In this document: piece after piece, positions 12,511-24,800 of the stretch
Layout of the letters: each line of letters opens with the position of its first letter
Numbering within the stretch: position 1 is the first letter of the stretch
From: Convolutriloba macropyga
Taxonomy: Eukaryota
Assembly (NCBI RefSeq): GCF_964194025.1
Contig: NC_134482.1
Location: 46,562,001-46,626,000, forward strand
DNA: 64,000 nt
Direction: 5' to 3'
Made by a program: the position numbers and the translations under genes
Notes under the pieces: model-generated
What the model was told of the DNA's origin: nothing
What the model saw: only the letters and a program-made list of their open reading frames with translations
The model's database searches: none

Positions 12511-12638
12511 CTGTCAAAAACGTCAAATTATCGGTTAAATTTTTGTCAAACGCTGTGACGTATTTCAAACTATACGTCTGTATCAAAATCAAAAGTCCGT
12601 ACATTTTTTCTAGTCTAGTTTGTTTTGCCGGCTGTATT

Positions 12639-12958
12639 TTAATCAACACCTGTTGCGATAACAGCAGTTAAATAAATTGTCAGTGTGATAAATTTTAATG
12701 CCCGATCGACATTGGAAAAACACTTCAGCATTAGACTACGAGTTTACCACACTCTTTTACCGCCATTGTTACTAAGTAAACAGTGGAGATGAAAGAGTGG
12801 TGATAAAATTGTAGTCTAATGATGGAAAAGGTTTGATACTTGTAGTCTAAAAAAAACTTGTGCGTGGTGTGTTGTGTGTGGTGTCTGTGTTGTGTGTGTG
12901 TACGTGCGTGTATGTGTGTGTGCGTGCCTGTGCATGTGTGTGTGTGTTTGTGGTTGTG

Positions 12959-12990
<32 letters not shown>

Positions 12991-13843
12991 CGTGCGTGTG
13001 TGTTTGTGGTTGTGTGTGTTTGTAAGTGTGCGTGTGAACGTGTGTGTGCGTGTGTGTTTGTGGTTGTGTGTGTGTAAGTGTGTGTGTGTGTGTGTTTGTA
13101 AGTGTGTGCGTGTGTGTGCCTGCGTGTGTGTTTGTGTGCGTGCGAGTGTGCGTGGGTACGTGTGTGCGTGCGTGTTTGTTCGTCTGTGTTTGTGTTTGTG
13201 TGTGTGTGCGTGCCTGCATTTGCGTTTGTGTGTGTGTGAGCGCGTGTGTGCGTGCGTGCGTGTGTGATGTGTGGGTGGTGTGTGTGGTGTATGTGTGGTG
13301 TGTGTGAGTGTCTGTGGCGTGGGTGTAAATGGTGTGTGTTGAGTGTGGTGTTTGTGTGTGTGTGTGTGTTTATGTGTGTGTTTGTAAGTTTGTAAGTAAG
13401 CGTGTGTGTGTGTTTGTGTGCGTGTGTATGTCTGTTTTTGTGTTTGTGTTTGTGCGCTTATGTGAGTGTGTGTGCGTGTGTGCTTGGGTGCGTGTGTACT
13501 TGTTTGTGTGTGTGTGAGTGTGCATTTGTGTGTGTGTGTGTGTGTGTGTGTGGGTCTCTCTGTCTGTGTGTTTATCTGTGTGTGGGAGGGGGGGGGGGGC
13601 TTGAGGACAAAACGAAGAACATATCCGAAGAAATATCACTTGTCTTTGAAAAAGTAATTGTAAACAAAAAATCAAAATGAAGAACCAATAAGAATGTGTT
13701 CAAATTTGAAGTGATCACAACAGGTGTTGATTAAAAAAATTTCAATACGGTTGTTATCGCCCTCGAAGTTATCATAACACCTCGGCTTCACCTCGGAGAT
13801 TGATAACTTCTCGGTTGCGATAAAAACCGTGTGGGATTATTCA
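12639..13843. mobile_element. Non-autonomous element with subterminal IRs, (TG)n core and terminal ~100-bp palindrome; copy 1
   Basis: TTAATCAACACCTGTTG at 12639, its inverted match ending at 13734, degenerate TG microsatellite ~12860-13580, hairpin ~13747-13830. Confidence 0.7.
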
Positions 13844-14318
13844 TTAATCAACACCTGTTGCGATAATAGCAATTAAATAAACTGTCAGTGTAATAAATTT
13901 TAGTGCCTAATCGACACTGGAAAATCACCTCAGCATTAAACTACGAGACTATCACACTCTTTTATTGCCACTGTTACTAAATAAACAATGGCGACAAAAG
14001 AGTGGAGATAAACTCGTACTCTAATGATGGAAACTTTTTGATAAACGTGTCTTAAAAATCTTGTGTGGCGTGTGTGTTGTGTGCGTGCGGTGTGTGTGTT
14101 GTGTGTGTGCGGTGTGTGTGGTGTGTGCGTGTGTGTGTTGTGTAAGTGGGGTTTTTGTGCGGTGTGTTTGTGCTGTGTGTGTTGTGTGCGTGTGTGTGCG
14201 CGTGTGGTTGTGTTTGTGTGCCTGTGTGTGTGCGTGTGTGTGTACGTTTGAGCGTATGTGTGTGCGTGCGTGTACGTGTGTGCATCCATTTGCGTGTGTG
14301 TTTGTGTAGGTGTGTGTA

Positions 14319-14381
<63 letters not shown>

Positions 14382-14653
14382 GTGTGTGTGAGGGGGGGGG
14401 GGGGGCGCATTAGGACAAAACGAAGAACAGATCCGAAGAAATATTATTTACCTTTAAAAACGTAATTGTCCACAAAAAATGAAAATGAAAAACCAATAAA
14501 ACTGTGTTCAATTTTGAAATGATCGCAACAGGTGTTGATTAAAAAAAATTACCACACGGTTGTTATCGCCCTCAAAGTTATCATAACACCTCGGCTTCGC
14601 CTCGGAGTTTGATAACTTCTCGGTTGCGATAACAACCGTGTGGTAATATTCAT
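13844..14653. mobile_element. Same element, copy 2 (head-to-tail with copy 1)
   Basis: Same IR pair and a shorter TG core. Palindrome 14548-14647 ATTACCACACGGTTGTTATCGC...GCGATAACAACCGTGTGGTAAT. Confidence 0.7.
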
Positions 14654-14875
14654 TATTTATTTGTTGCTTTGTTTATTTTTGTTTATTTGATTTAGTTTTT
14701 GTTTATTTGGTTCTAATGTGTATTATAGAGCCTGCAAGCTTGACCAAATTTTGACTTCAGTTGATTTCGACCAGATTTAGAGGCTGAAGTCAAAAGTCAT
14801 CTGTAAATTCTGGTCCCACCTTGTACCTCGAGATGAAGATGTAAAATAATCTCCCCTCACTTTAGTTAAATCTTT

Positions 14876-15048
14876 GGATCTTTTCCGTTTGTGCCCCGCC
14901 CCCACCCCCAGTACGTTATGCGCCTCCCAGTTACAGAGCACGTATCATTACATAATTCATTATGTAAAAATATGGCACGTGCGTCTGGGGGTTGCAAATA
15001 ATATGCACCCACTAAGCTGGGGGGGGGGGGCACAAACGGAAAAGATGC
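14876..15048. mobile_element. Merlin-type MITE
   Basis: Family TIRs and body. Confidence 0.75.
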
Positions 15049-15341
15049 AACTTTTTTCCATAACAACACACTCTCCTCCAGCCTAGTGGCAACATAACGG
15101 AGTAACGGGTGCACCCTCCTCCTCCTATAATGGGGCTGGCCAGTAGACCACCTAAGTAGACGGATCTTGTCTGTTTTGCCCTGTTTTGAGCAGTGTATAA
15201 TGTGAGAAATCCCACAAATCTTAGAAGTCAGAGGAAATAAGTCCCTTGGCGCGATGGCGCATGCGCCCTAGTGCAATAAGGTACGGGGGTTGAGGTTTGT
15301 GTTCTTTACCTTATTTTGAAAAACAAAGTTTACCAAAAACA

Positions 15342-15526
15342 GTATCTTTTCCGTTTGTGCCCCCCCCCCCCCAGTACGTTTTGCCCCCCCCCCCCCCCCC
15401 CCCCCCCCCTCGTTACAGAGCACGTGCCATTACATAGTAAATCATTATGTAAAAATATGGCACGTGCGTCTGGGGGTTTCAAATAATATGTGCCCACTAA
15501 GCTGGGGGGTGGGGCACAAAAGATCC
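15342..15526. mobile_element. Merlin-type MITE
   Basis: Family body; exact 8-bp TSD CAAAAACA. Confidence 0.8.
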
Positions 15527-15608
15527 CAAAAACAACAAGTTCTATCCTTAATTCATGTTCTGTGAGAATCCGTTGCTTTTCAACAAAGCTCTTGTCAAGT
15601 GATGACAT

Positions 15609-16400
15609 CCCGGGTCGAGGTTTCATCGGAAAAATATGATCTATTCTGTTCCGGCCCTCAGTGTTTTTACGCCCCCAGTTACAAATTATATGTTGTTATA
15701 TAGCACGTTACTATGTAAAAAATTAGCACATGTGCCTGGGGGGCGTAAAAATATAAACCCACTAAGCTGGGGGGGGGGGCAAAACAGAATAGATCCGAAA
15801 AATATTGCATGAATTGCGATGAATAGCGGCTCAAAAAGCGGTCGCATTGTTAGCCAATGAATGCGGTGAAAACGATGAACTTTTGTTAGATTTGCGTTTT
15901 CTAACTGAGAGTTTTGTAAGATCCGTACGGGGGTTCGAACATCTGACCTTCATATCAACAACCACTTTTTCCAATGCCACTTTTCACTTTCTTCTAGTAT
16001 AACTCCTCTGAATTTAAATCAGATTAACTCCACTTCATGGAAAAAAACGGATCTTTTCCGTTTGTGTCCCCCCCCCCCCCGAGTACGTTATGCACCCCCA
16101 GTTACAGAGCACGTGCCATTAAATGGTAAATCACCATTTTAAAATATGGCGCGTGCGTCTGGGGAGGGGGTGCAAATAATATGCACCCACTGAGATGGGG
16201 GGGGGCACAACAGAAAAGATCCTGGAAAATTTATGCGTTCACATTTTGTTAAAATTGCATTTTTAGGGGCGAGCGACGTTTTTATTTTAATTGCTTTTAC
16301 CGCTTTCATTGCTGAAAAACGCAATTTTTACAACCTTTTACCGTATTTTTGCAATTCTGGCATTTTTTAGCAATTTTTTGCGTTGACACCTCGACCCAGT
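15609..16400. mobile_element. CCCGGGTCGAGG-ended non-autonomous element hosting two nested Merlin MITEs (15637-15796, TSD GAAAAATA; 16049-16222)
   Basis: Terminal IR CCCGGGTCGAGG / CCTCGACCCAG; GCGGTGAA motifs shared with 37205-37711. Confidence 0.55.
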
Positions 16401-16560
16401 ACATCTAGCAAAGGCCACTAAGTTAGGGCAGCTAAGTTAAGCTTTATCCGTTACTTTAATCCACTTGATTTCGCAGAAAAATTCTGATGTTTATCAAGAA
16501 TCGCGTATGGTTCGAGATGTTGAGCTATAGTTTCGAAGAAATGACTTCTACAGTGTCTTC

Positions 16561-17387
16561 CCCGGTTGAAGTTTCCTTGATTTCATACAAGGATCATATA
16601 TGATTTCATACTGTCCATACTTGATTTCTTAGTACGATCCTTGTATGAAACCAAAGAAATCATATATGATCCTTGTATTATTACCAAGAAATCATATATG
16701 ATCCTAGTACGAATACCAAGAATCATACATCTATTTTTTGAAAATCTTTAACCATTATCTTTACCCATTTATGTTTTTTGGTTTTTGTTCGGTAGGGAAT
16801 CACATATATGATACCCCGGCATCACATTGTGATCCGCCAAAAGACCCTACGTACAATATCAATTGCAAGTTGGGCACAAAATAAAAATAGTAAACCCAAA
16901 CAAATAACAAAATTTTGGACATACTCTGAAGCCTGTTTATACATTTAAATGCTCATTCATAAAAAAAATTAATCAAGAAAAATGCATATCACGTCAAATT
17001 TGTTTTCTGAATACGTATAAACCACAAAGTTATTCTTTTAGCGCACACAAGGAATCAAATGTGGATTGCAAATGCGGTATAATAAATTAATAAGTCCTCT
17101 GACTACATTATACGAGAATTTGTGGCACGAGTCAATGTATTATGTGTCATATATGACCTTGTATGAAATCCAAGAAATTTTTTCAACTTCAATGGAAAAT
17201 CAAAATTATACAGTTTTGAGTCTTTGAATTTTTTTTGTATGATCCCTGTATGATTTCTAGGAAATCATATATGGTCCTTGTATGACTACCAAGAATTCAT
17301 ACAAATCATATATGACCTAGTTTGATTACTAAGAATCATATATGACCTAGTACGAAATCAAAGAAAGTTGTATGATCGTTGACCCGT
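16561..17387. mobile_element. CCCGG-ended non-autonomous element with ~29-bp ATCATATATGATCCTTGTATG subterminal repeats
   Basis: Starts CCCGGTTGAA, ends TTGACCCG; repeat arrays near both ends. Confidence 0.5.
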
Positions 17388-18291
17388 TTACCTTGCTCTG
17401 AATTGAATTGCAATACAGGGATAATTTTTTTTTTTCGTATTGCTCTTGCATATCAACGTGAAAAAAATTTCTCATATTTGAGTACTGAAAGCCGTCTCAA
17501 AAATTGGTTTTCGACAGTACGTTTCATAGCATTGAAACGACTATGCGTACTATATAAGACTAAATCTAACTCGAAGTTCAAAATAATTCAAAATTCGAAA
17601 TACAAGTAATTGTAACTTTTTATAAAACAACTAATTTGAATATTTGAAAATGCCGAAAGCTCAAGGAAGGAAACTTCTGGCTACGTATATCTGAACTTCT
17701 GGCATTTTAACTTCTGGCTTTCAGCACTGCACGCGAGTGTTTTGACGCTAAAGAACGACATGTAACTTGCAACGAAGGGTCACAAAACATTTAATGTACA
17801 CAAGGTATCAAATAAAGCGTGCCACTTAAATGTGATTTTTAACGAAACCGCACAAATATAAATTGCTAAGTTTATGTTTAAACATAAACCTTTGCAGCCA
17901 AGAAGATACTTGAGCCCAAATGCTTGGTAAAATCCCCAAAGGGCTAAAAAGTATGTCAAAAGCAGTTTTGCACGTGAATGCATATAGGTACCAAAAATTT
18001 CAAAACTTTGATTCGATGACAGGGATCTTGAAAGTTTCATCATGCAAGCAGCATTAATACGTGCCAAGTTTATCTTGCTCTGAAATGAAATGCAATACAG
18101 GGATATTTTATTTCTTTTTGGTATTGCTCTTGCATATCAACGTGAAAAAAATTCCTCATATTTGAGTACTGAAAGCCGTCTCAAAAATTGGTTTTTGACA
18201 GTACGTTTATAGCATCAAAACGATTATGCGTACTATATAAGACCAAGTCTAACCCAAAACTCAAGATAATTCAAAATTCGAAATACAAGTA
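17386..18291. repeat. ~225-bp direct repeat pair (17386-17609 and 18068-18291)
   Basis: Both copies run from gtttaYcttgctctgaa to aaattcgaaatacaagtaa with high identity. Confidence 0.75.
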
Positions 18292-18923
18292 AATACAGGT
18301 AACATCAATGCTTACGCATCTAAAAGTCAGTAAAAAGGACTATATTTCTCAATTACCCAAAATCTTTCAAAAATATGATCAGTTTCTTTCCTCATATATG
18401 ACTAACGGGAATAATATGACTCTTTTTAACAAATTCATCTGAAAAAGAATAAATAATTTATTTTTTTTAAAACAAATATGCTGTGAACTGCTGAGAATCT
18501 CATCTAACAGTATTTTGACAAAAAAGAAGAAAGGAAACCAATTAAGACACGGATTTCATATACGAAAATGTTAGATACGCACAACTTTTGTGTCGCTGTC
18601 AAACCTGCACTTACCAGGACTTAAGTCTCAGAGCATTTCAGCGCTGAACCAACGCATTTTAAGCGTAAGAACTTATTTTAGTTCTGAAAAATTGGATCTC
18701 CAGAATATTTAAAGTTTTTTGATGTGCAGTTTTTCTTCATTAAGATTGTTTTGATGTCATAGTGTTCTCCCACACTAAAATTTTTCTTGTATATTCTGAA
18801 AATTACTCGTATCCCAAAATTAAGTCTGAGCAGAATAATGCCATACATTTGTAGCTTATAACTGTACTATAGTAATATACATGCTATTTGTGCATAAGCT
18901 AGTTTGTAGGCAATTACCACAAA

Positions 18924-19000
18924 GCCCAGGTAGCTTAGTGGTTACGACTTGCTACGCATTATAAATGTTATAAGTGCCCACGCTGGAGTTCGAGTCACAT
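18924..19000 (+). pseudogene. tRNA-derived sequence (SINE head or tRNA pseudogene)
   Basis: A-box TAGCTTAGTGG (18931-18941) and B-box-like AGTTCGAGTCA (18987-18997); no intact cloverleaf. Confidence 0.5.
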
Positions 19001-19800
19001 ATAAAGCAAACTTTGTTGGCGGGAGATAAGCTGAACATATTATTTCTCATGCAGCAAATTTTACTCAAATATCAAGACCGGATAGTTCAAAGTGACATGA
19101 AAAGAGTACTGGCCATCCTAAAAACAGAATGTCTCTAGGCTGTTTCAGCCCTGATTTGCTCTGCCACCAACTTCCGTGTAAAAACTTACGGCCTCATGCT
19201 GTAGAGCCGGTTTATGACAACAAAAAATGTCCTTTACAAACGCAAATAGATGCAGTAAGGTGAAAGAATTTTTTGTTTGTTTTCATCAACAACAATGAGA
19301 GTTACCCAAAGAGACATCACTGGGCATGTATGGCGATTCCATTGATCTTCGCATGCAAGTCTTTGAAGTTTCAGTTTCAAAAATTTAGAGCAAAGCGTGT
19401 TCCAGGCGAAAACCTAGTCTTTTAGAGAGTCAAACTTCAGAAATAATCCGTAAATTTTAACATAAACTCCGCTTAAAAAAAACTTCATAGCAAAGTCAAG
19501 ATAGCGTCAGATAAAACTAAAACTAAACAAATAATTTTTACTTATTTGATAAGATAAGAGACCAGTCAATATTAAGGTTCGGTAACAATTAGACAAAAGA
19601 TCAAAATCAGCGAAGTTAATAAAAATTTGCTTATATATATTTAAAAAATTTAATTTAAAAAAAATGAAAACCATTAGATATCAACTGAAAACATCCAAAT
19701 GAATTACAAAACGCAGTGCCTCTGATGTTTCTCTAGGAGAGCATTAGGAACTGTCACTATTCATTTTCTATTGCGGTTACAAAAGAACAACAAATACAGA

Positions 19801-19903
19801 CAAAAAATTCAATTAAAGCTCGTGAGAAAAAGCTGTCGAAGCCGTCAAAAGAACAACAAAAAATTCAATTAAAGCTCGTGAGAAAAAGCTGTCGAAGCCG
19901 TCA
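19801..19903. repeat. ~56-bp tandem duplication
   Basis: caaaaaattcaattaaagctcgtgagaaaaagctgtcgaagccgtcaa occurs twice. Confidence 0.8.
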
Positions 19904-20970
19904 ACCCATTTTTTGCCCCTCAAAAAATAATTCATTGTGTCTTCATCGATAAACGCAAAAAGGTGGTATGTGATCTTCCATTAATCAGACTAGGTGAAAA
20001 CTAGACAAAAAAAAGATAAAAGGATGAAAAATTAAGAAATGCTTTTGTTTTTTTTCGAAAACATTTATTTTCAAACTCATGAAAGCCATTAGCTACAAAT
20101 TGAAACAATTATATATGTATGTTTATTCGTAAAAAGGAAACGCTTGAGAATTTATATTTTCAGAAAATGTCATTACGTCTACATAAAGAACGTCAAATAC
20201 AGACAAAAATCAAAAAAATAGTTTACTTTTTCTGATAAATACCCGTGTCGAAGCCAGTAAATTCATAGCGAAATTTTTGAAAACGACAGTAATTGTACAC
20301 TTACCCCTTTCTCCTGACAACAATATTGACATATTTGATATGTAAATAATGAGATTAGTTAGCAAATAGACAAAAAGTACAAAATGCGAAGTTGAATTTC
20401 TTTGTTTAATTTTTGAAAACAATTGTTTTCAAAACAATGAAAGTCATCAGCAACCATTTCAAATAACAAAATAGGCTCATCAATTCCTCCATAGAAATCA
20501 ATGAGACCTGTCATTTTTCAGAACATTTCATACGGCTAAACAGACAAAGTGAAAACGACAGCTGAAGACAAAAGAAACAATATATATTCTTCGAGAAAGG
20601 GGTACCGAAGCCGTTAAGATCATAATCTACGCCTATAAAACTTTTATATAATATATTGTCCCCTAATTTGAACGCCAAAATTGTAATACGGGAGCTGTCA
20701 TATGTAAGATAATGTGATAAAACGAGAAAAAAAAAGTGAAAAATGGGCCAAGGCCTAAAAATAAAAAGAAATTGAAATCCAGTAGCATCAAAGCCAGAAA
20801 ACATAACTTAGCGCGTTTAACAGCAAAAACGAAGAGCAGGAAAAGGTATTGTTTTTTTTGCTGACACTAAGCTACAGGATGAACAAATAAAGAGACTAAT
20901 ATTGGCAAAGTTCAATAAGCCATTGTTTAGTCGAAAATCAAACATTTATAAAAGTCAAAACGACCATAAT

Positions 20971-21861
20971 TGTTCTGGTAGAGAAACTAGATAGATTAAA
21001 TTGGAACTGCTTAGGAAGCCATTTGGAGCTACTAACAGTGAGTGTTGATTTGGATTGTTCTGTTCGTCAATTAACAAAGAGAAGATCGAATTTTTCTTTA
21101 AAAGAAAAAGACCCACTGACTACAATTCGAATAATTGTTTTTGGACTGTAACAATGCAATACTGGGACAAAATCAACATTATTTTTGCTCTTTGTCCATT
21201 AAAGACACTCATTTGTTTCGAATGTTGTATATCTAGATAATTTGTTGGATAAAAGATTACAATTAAATGGTGCGTTTTGGATAATCGTAAATTATAATTA
21301 GCAAAAAACGTGAAAATTTTAAATGCAGACTACTCTCAACGAACGTGGAAGTAGCCTTCGCTCTTCTTGCAGTTTAAAAAGATGGTGTTAGTTGTTAGTG
21401 GTTTTGTACTTCCGGTAAAGTTTATCAAGATGGGCTAAAATAGACTATATCGTGCAATTTTTGATGAAATATCTGAATTTTGAAAGATTTTGCCAAATTT
21501 TTAGGCAAAAAGTTAAATCAAAGTAGTCAACAATACTTTGCTGTTTTTACAATAAAATCAACAGTACTATTGTTTGCAATTTTTACATATTTTAGAAAAA
21601 TTAACGAAATTTTAGGCAAAAATTCCGGAAAACGTGAATAAAATTAAGGCAAATTGGTCTAATATTCACAAAAATTTAAACCACGATAACTAACTCTGGA
21701 AAACGAAAATCAAAAATTTGAATTCCATGTTCTACGCTGGACGGGCTTTTTAATGATACCACTCATAACTATGTGCGATGAATAGATGGATCGGTCAAAA
21801 TTGTCTGAACAAAAAAACCCATTTGAGTATATAAATCCTCCCCCTCAAGAGGGTCGGAACA
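20971..21861. repeat. Dispersed TGTTC...GAACA-ended repeat; related copy ~55200-55838, distant relative ending ~27305
   Basis: Shared ttctacgctggacgRgcttt.taatgatacc and cccctcaagagggtcggaaca; solo-LTR-like termini. Confidence 0.55.
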
Positions 21862-24800
21862 AATATCTCAATAGAAATTAGATTTTGGTTATAGTTTACT
21901 TCAGTTGAGTTGGGCATAATGAGCAGCAATATTTTGTTCAAATACTCTCCCTCCAATCACTTGCCCAAATTATTTCATAAATTAGACTTTCTCCCCTCTC
22001 ATTAGCACAAGTTTCACCTACAATATTTTTTTCGAACATACCAAAATCTGTTTTAGAGGAAAACCATGTCATGAAAACTGTCAGCAGTCTTTGTTATAAG
22101 TGACAGGCGTTTCTGTCTGCTTCGCTTTACAAAATCATGTGGACCATTATAGAGTGCTCCCTACCGGAGAACCTTTGCAACCTAAATTTTCCAAGCAAAA
22201 TAAATCCTATCTTATTGCCGGAATTTTTTTGGATCAATAATCGCTTTAATAATTCAGTTTATCAATTCTCTAGCTGCACAGATGTTTTCACACACTTAAT
22301 TTTCAGCTGATTAAATGCCAAGATTACTTTGATAGTTATGATTGTTTGTCAACAAAATTTAGAAGCAGTTTCAATTACTTTTAACAATTTTAACTTTTCT
22401 GACTCCAGAGAATGGCAAAACATTTTGTTATAAAATACCAATTACACAGCTGAAATTAAACAATTTAATTGTCGCAAGGATTAAAAAATTTCAAAAATCT
22501 GTTATTTTCATAATTGGATAGTGGCAAAACACGAAGTTTTAAAAATTAGGCGTGATTTACCTTAACTAGAGTAGAGACAAAAAGTTTTTATTAGTCTGCT
22601 ATAATTTGATGATAATATTATTAAAAAATGTTTCGAAAAATTAATCTCTCAATTGACTCACATTCGTCTCTTTTTTGCGCCCAAACAACAATACCATATT
22701 TCCCGTATGTTTTTGTTTTTAATACATAAAAAATTAGAAATACTATTTGAAATCTTTGCTGTGACGCAGGTGAAATGTTCCTTTATCTTGTTCAGAAAAG
22801 TCAATATAGCATTAAAAATGTATCTCAGATCAGCTCAGCTTTTCGACTCCAAATTTGTGCCTAAACCACCAATATTGTTAGGATTCTTAAGGGAGAGAAA
22901 AATTATTTCAAAACATTTGTTTCTTGTGAAGTCTAAGAGTCAGTTAATAATTTAGTTTTGTCAAATTTTTTAGCCTGACAGATGTTTTCTCAATTTATAC
23001 TCTATATTTGATCTTTTTTTTATCAAGATTACCGTCTTAATAATTTTCCCATTTTCGATGCAAGAATGTTCCAGAATTAAAAAGTTGCGACCCTGGAAAA
23101 TAGAATTATCAACACAAAACCGGCAACTTAATTCCTATCAGTTTCGAGTCAAGAATTTATTAATTTCCTGCCAAGGAGTCAAAAAAATTTATTTTGTTTT
23201 GTCATAACTTGCTAAATGGAATTTTACACGTTTATTGTATTGTTTATAACTTCGACAACAGTTATGAAGGGCAAAAAACTTCATAAAACCAAATACAATC
23301 TTTTAAAAACAAACAGCGAGATTATACAATATTTATGCACTGTTCCAGCATCTTATGCGTCTGAGTGTCAGTCAAATTGTGCCAAAAAGTTTTCAGGGAT
23401 CATTTTAACAATCTCTACTCCTCTTCAAATCCCCACCCCCTACACTGGGAATCCCTGATTCCTTCATAACTCGACTAATCTAGACCTGGAATTATGAAAA
23501 AAACCTTTTAATTCTAGGTGGTGGTGGGGTGGGGGGGGGGGGGGGGCTGGTTACATTACAAAATTCCGGCCACGCTTTTTGTCCAGCCAAATTCCAGGAC
23601 GGTTTTAGTTCCAGCCAAATTTGATTACATCACTTAAAGTCCAGAAAAATTCTTTTCATACCAAGACACTCTTTTCATGCCTTATATCGGCCGAGGACGG
23701 CCTTTTAATAATTTCAGGTCTAGACTAGGGAAGTATTTATTTCGCTAATCGCTGGAATAATGACCGACATAACGGTATTTAGTCGACAAGGACAATACGC
23801 GGATATCAATTCTCTTGTATCTGTCTTGGAGGGGGCTGGGGGGGGGGGGGACGGGGGGGGGGGGGTAAGACTTTTGGCCAACTGAACTGAGAGGCCGAGA
23901 GATGAGAGTGAGCGATTAATTTATTCAAACGGAACTCAACTTTTTTTAAAGGGTTGGGAGGGAGAAAGAGGGGTAGCATTGTTAAAATAACCTGCTTTCA
24001 GATTCCCAAATTAGTTTACAGAAATTTAAATTTTATCCCAACTTTGTTTGCGATTGTTACAAAGCTGACAGGCGGTTGGAGAATTTCGAAAGCACAGATG
24101 AAATGAACAATGCTGTTTTCATTTACGCACGTAAGTTTTTGTCGATTTTCTTCGCAGAATAGATCCAATTTAATTGCAACCGTCTTGGGAGAAATCTTTC
24201 AAGTGCACTCATATTGTACCAAAATGCTAGATTGATTTTGAAAGATTTTAGATCTACTTGAAAGAATCCTGCAAGATTTTATGTTAATCTCGGAATCATT
24301 AATTCATTCCTCATGACGTTTTATTGCATTGGAGAGATACAGTATTAGTTGGCTTGGTTCAAATCGTAATGGATCTTTGCAACATACTCGAAAGCTTTGA
24401 ATGAGCTTGCAACTTGTTTTGCACAATTTCAATTTGCTGGCCACCACTGGAATTGTTTCAATTTCTGAATATAGGGTCTCGTCTTGGAGCTATTGTTGAT
24501 AGATTGAGAAGCAGTCATTTTTGTATTTTTCCAAGCCTCAAACAACGTCCAGAATTGTCTCCATTTACAGATTTTTTTGATGCTGTTATTGCGTTGTTGA
24601 TTTTTTCTAGCTGCAGTTAATTGCTCTCGCATTTTACACGAGTGGAAAACATAAAAAAAACACTGTTAAACCATGTTAAAATTCCTTCAAGGTTCGTAAC
24701 AAATCTTACATAATCTTTAATTTTACTTGAAGGATTTTTGGTAAATCACATCTATGCTGCAATATCTCACGGGATCAGCTCAATTCAAATAATTATACCA

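Noticed and set aside
12731-14410. Cys/Val- and His/Thr-rich ORFs
   Set aside because: They are translations of the TG/CA microsatellite.
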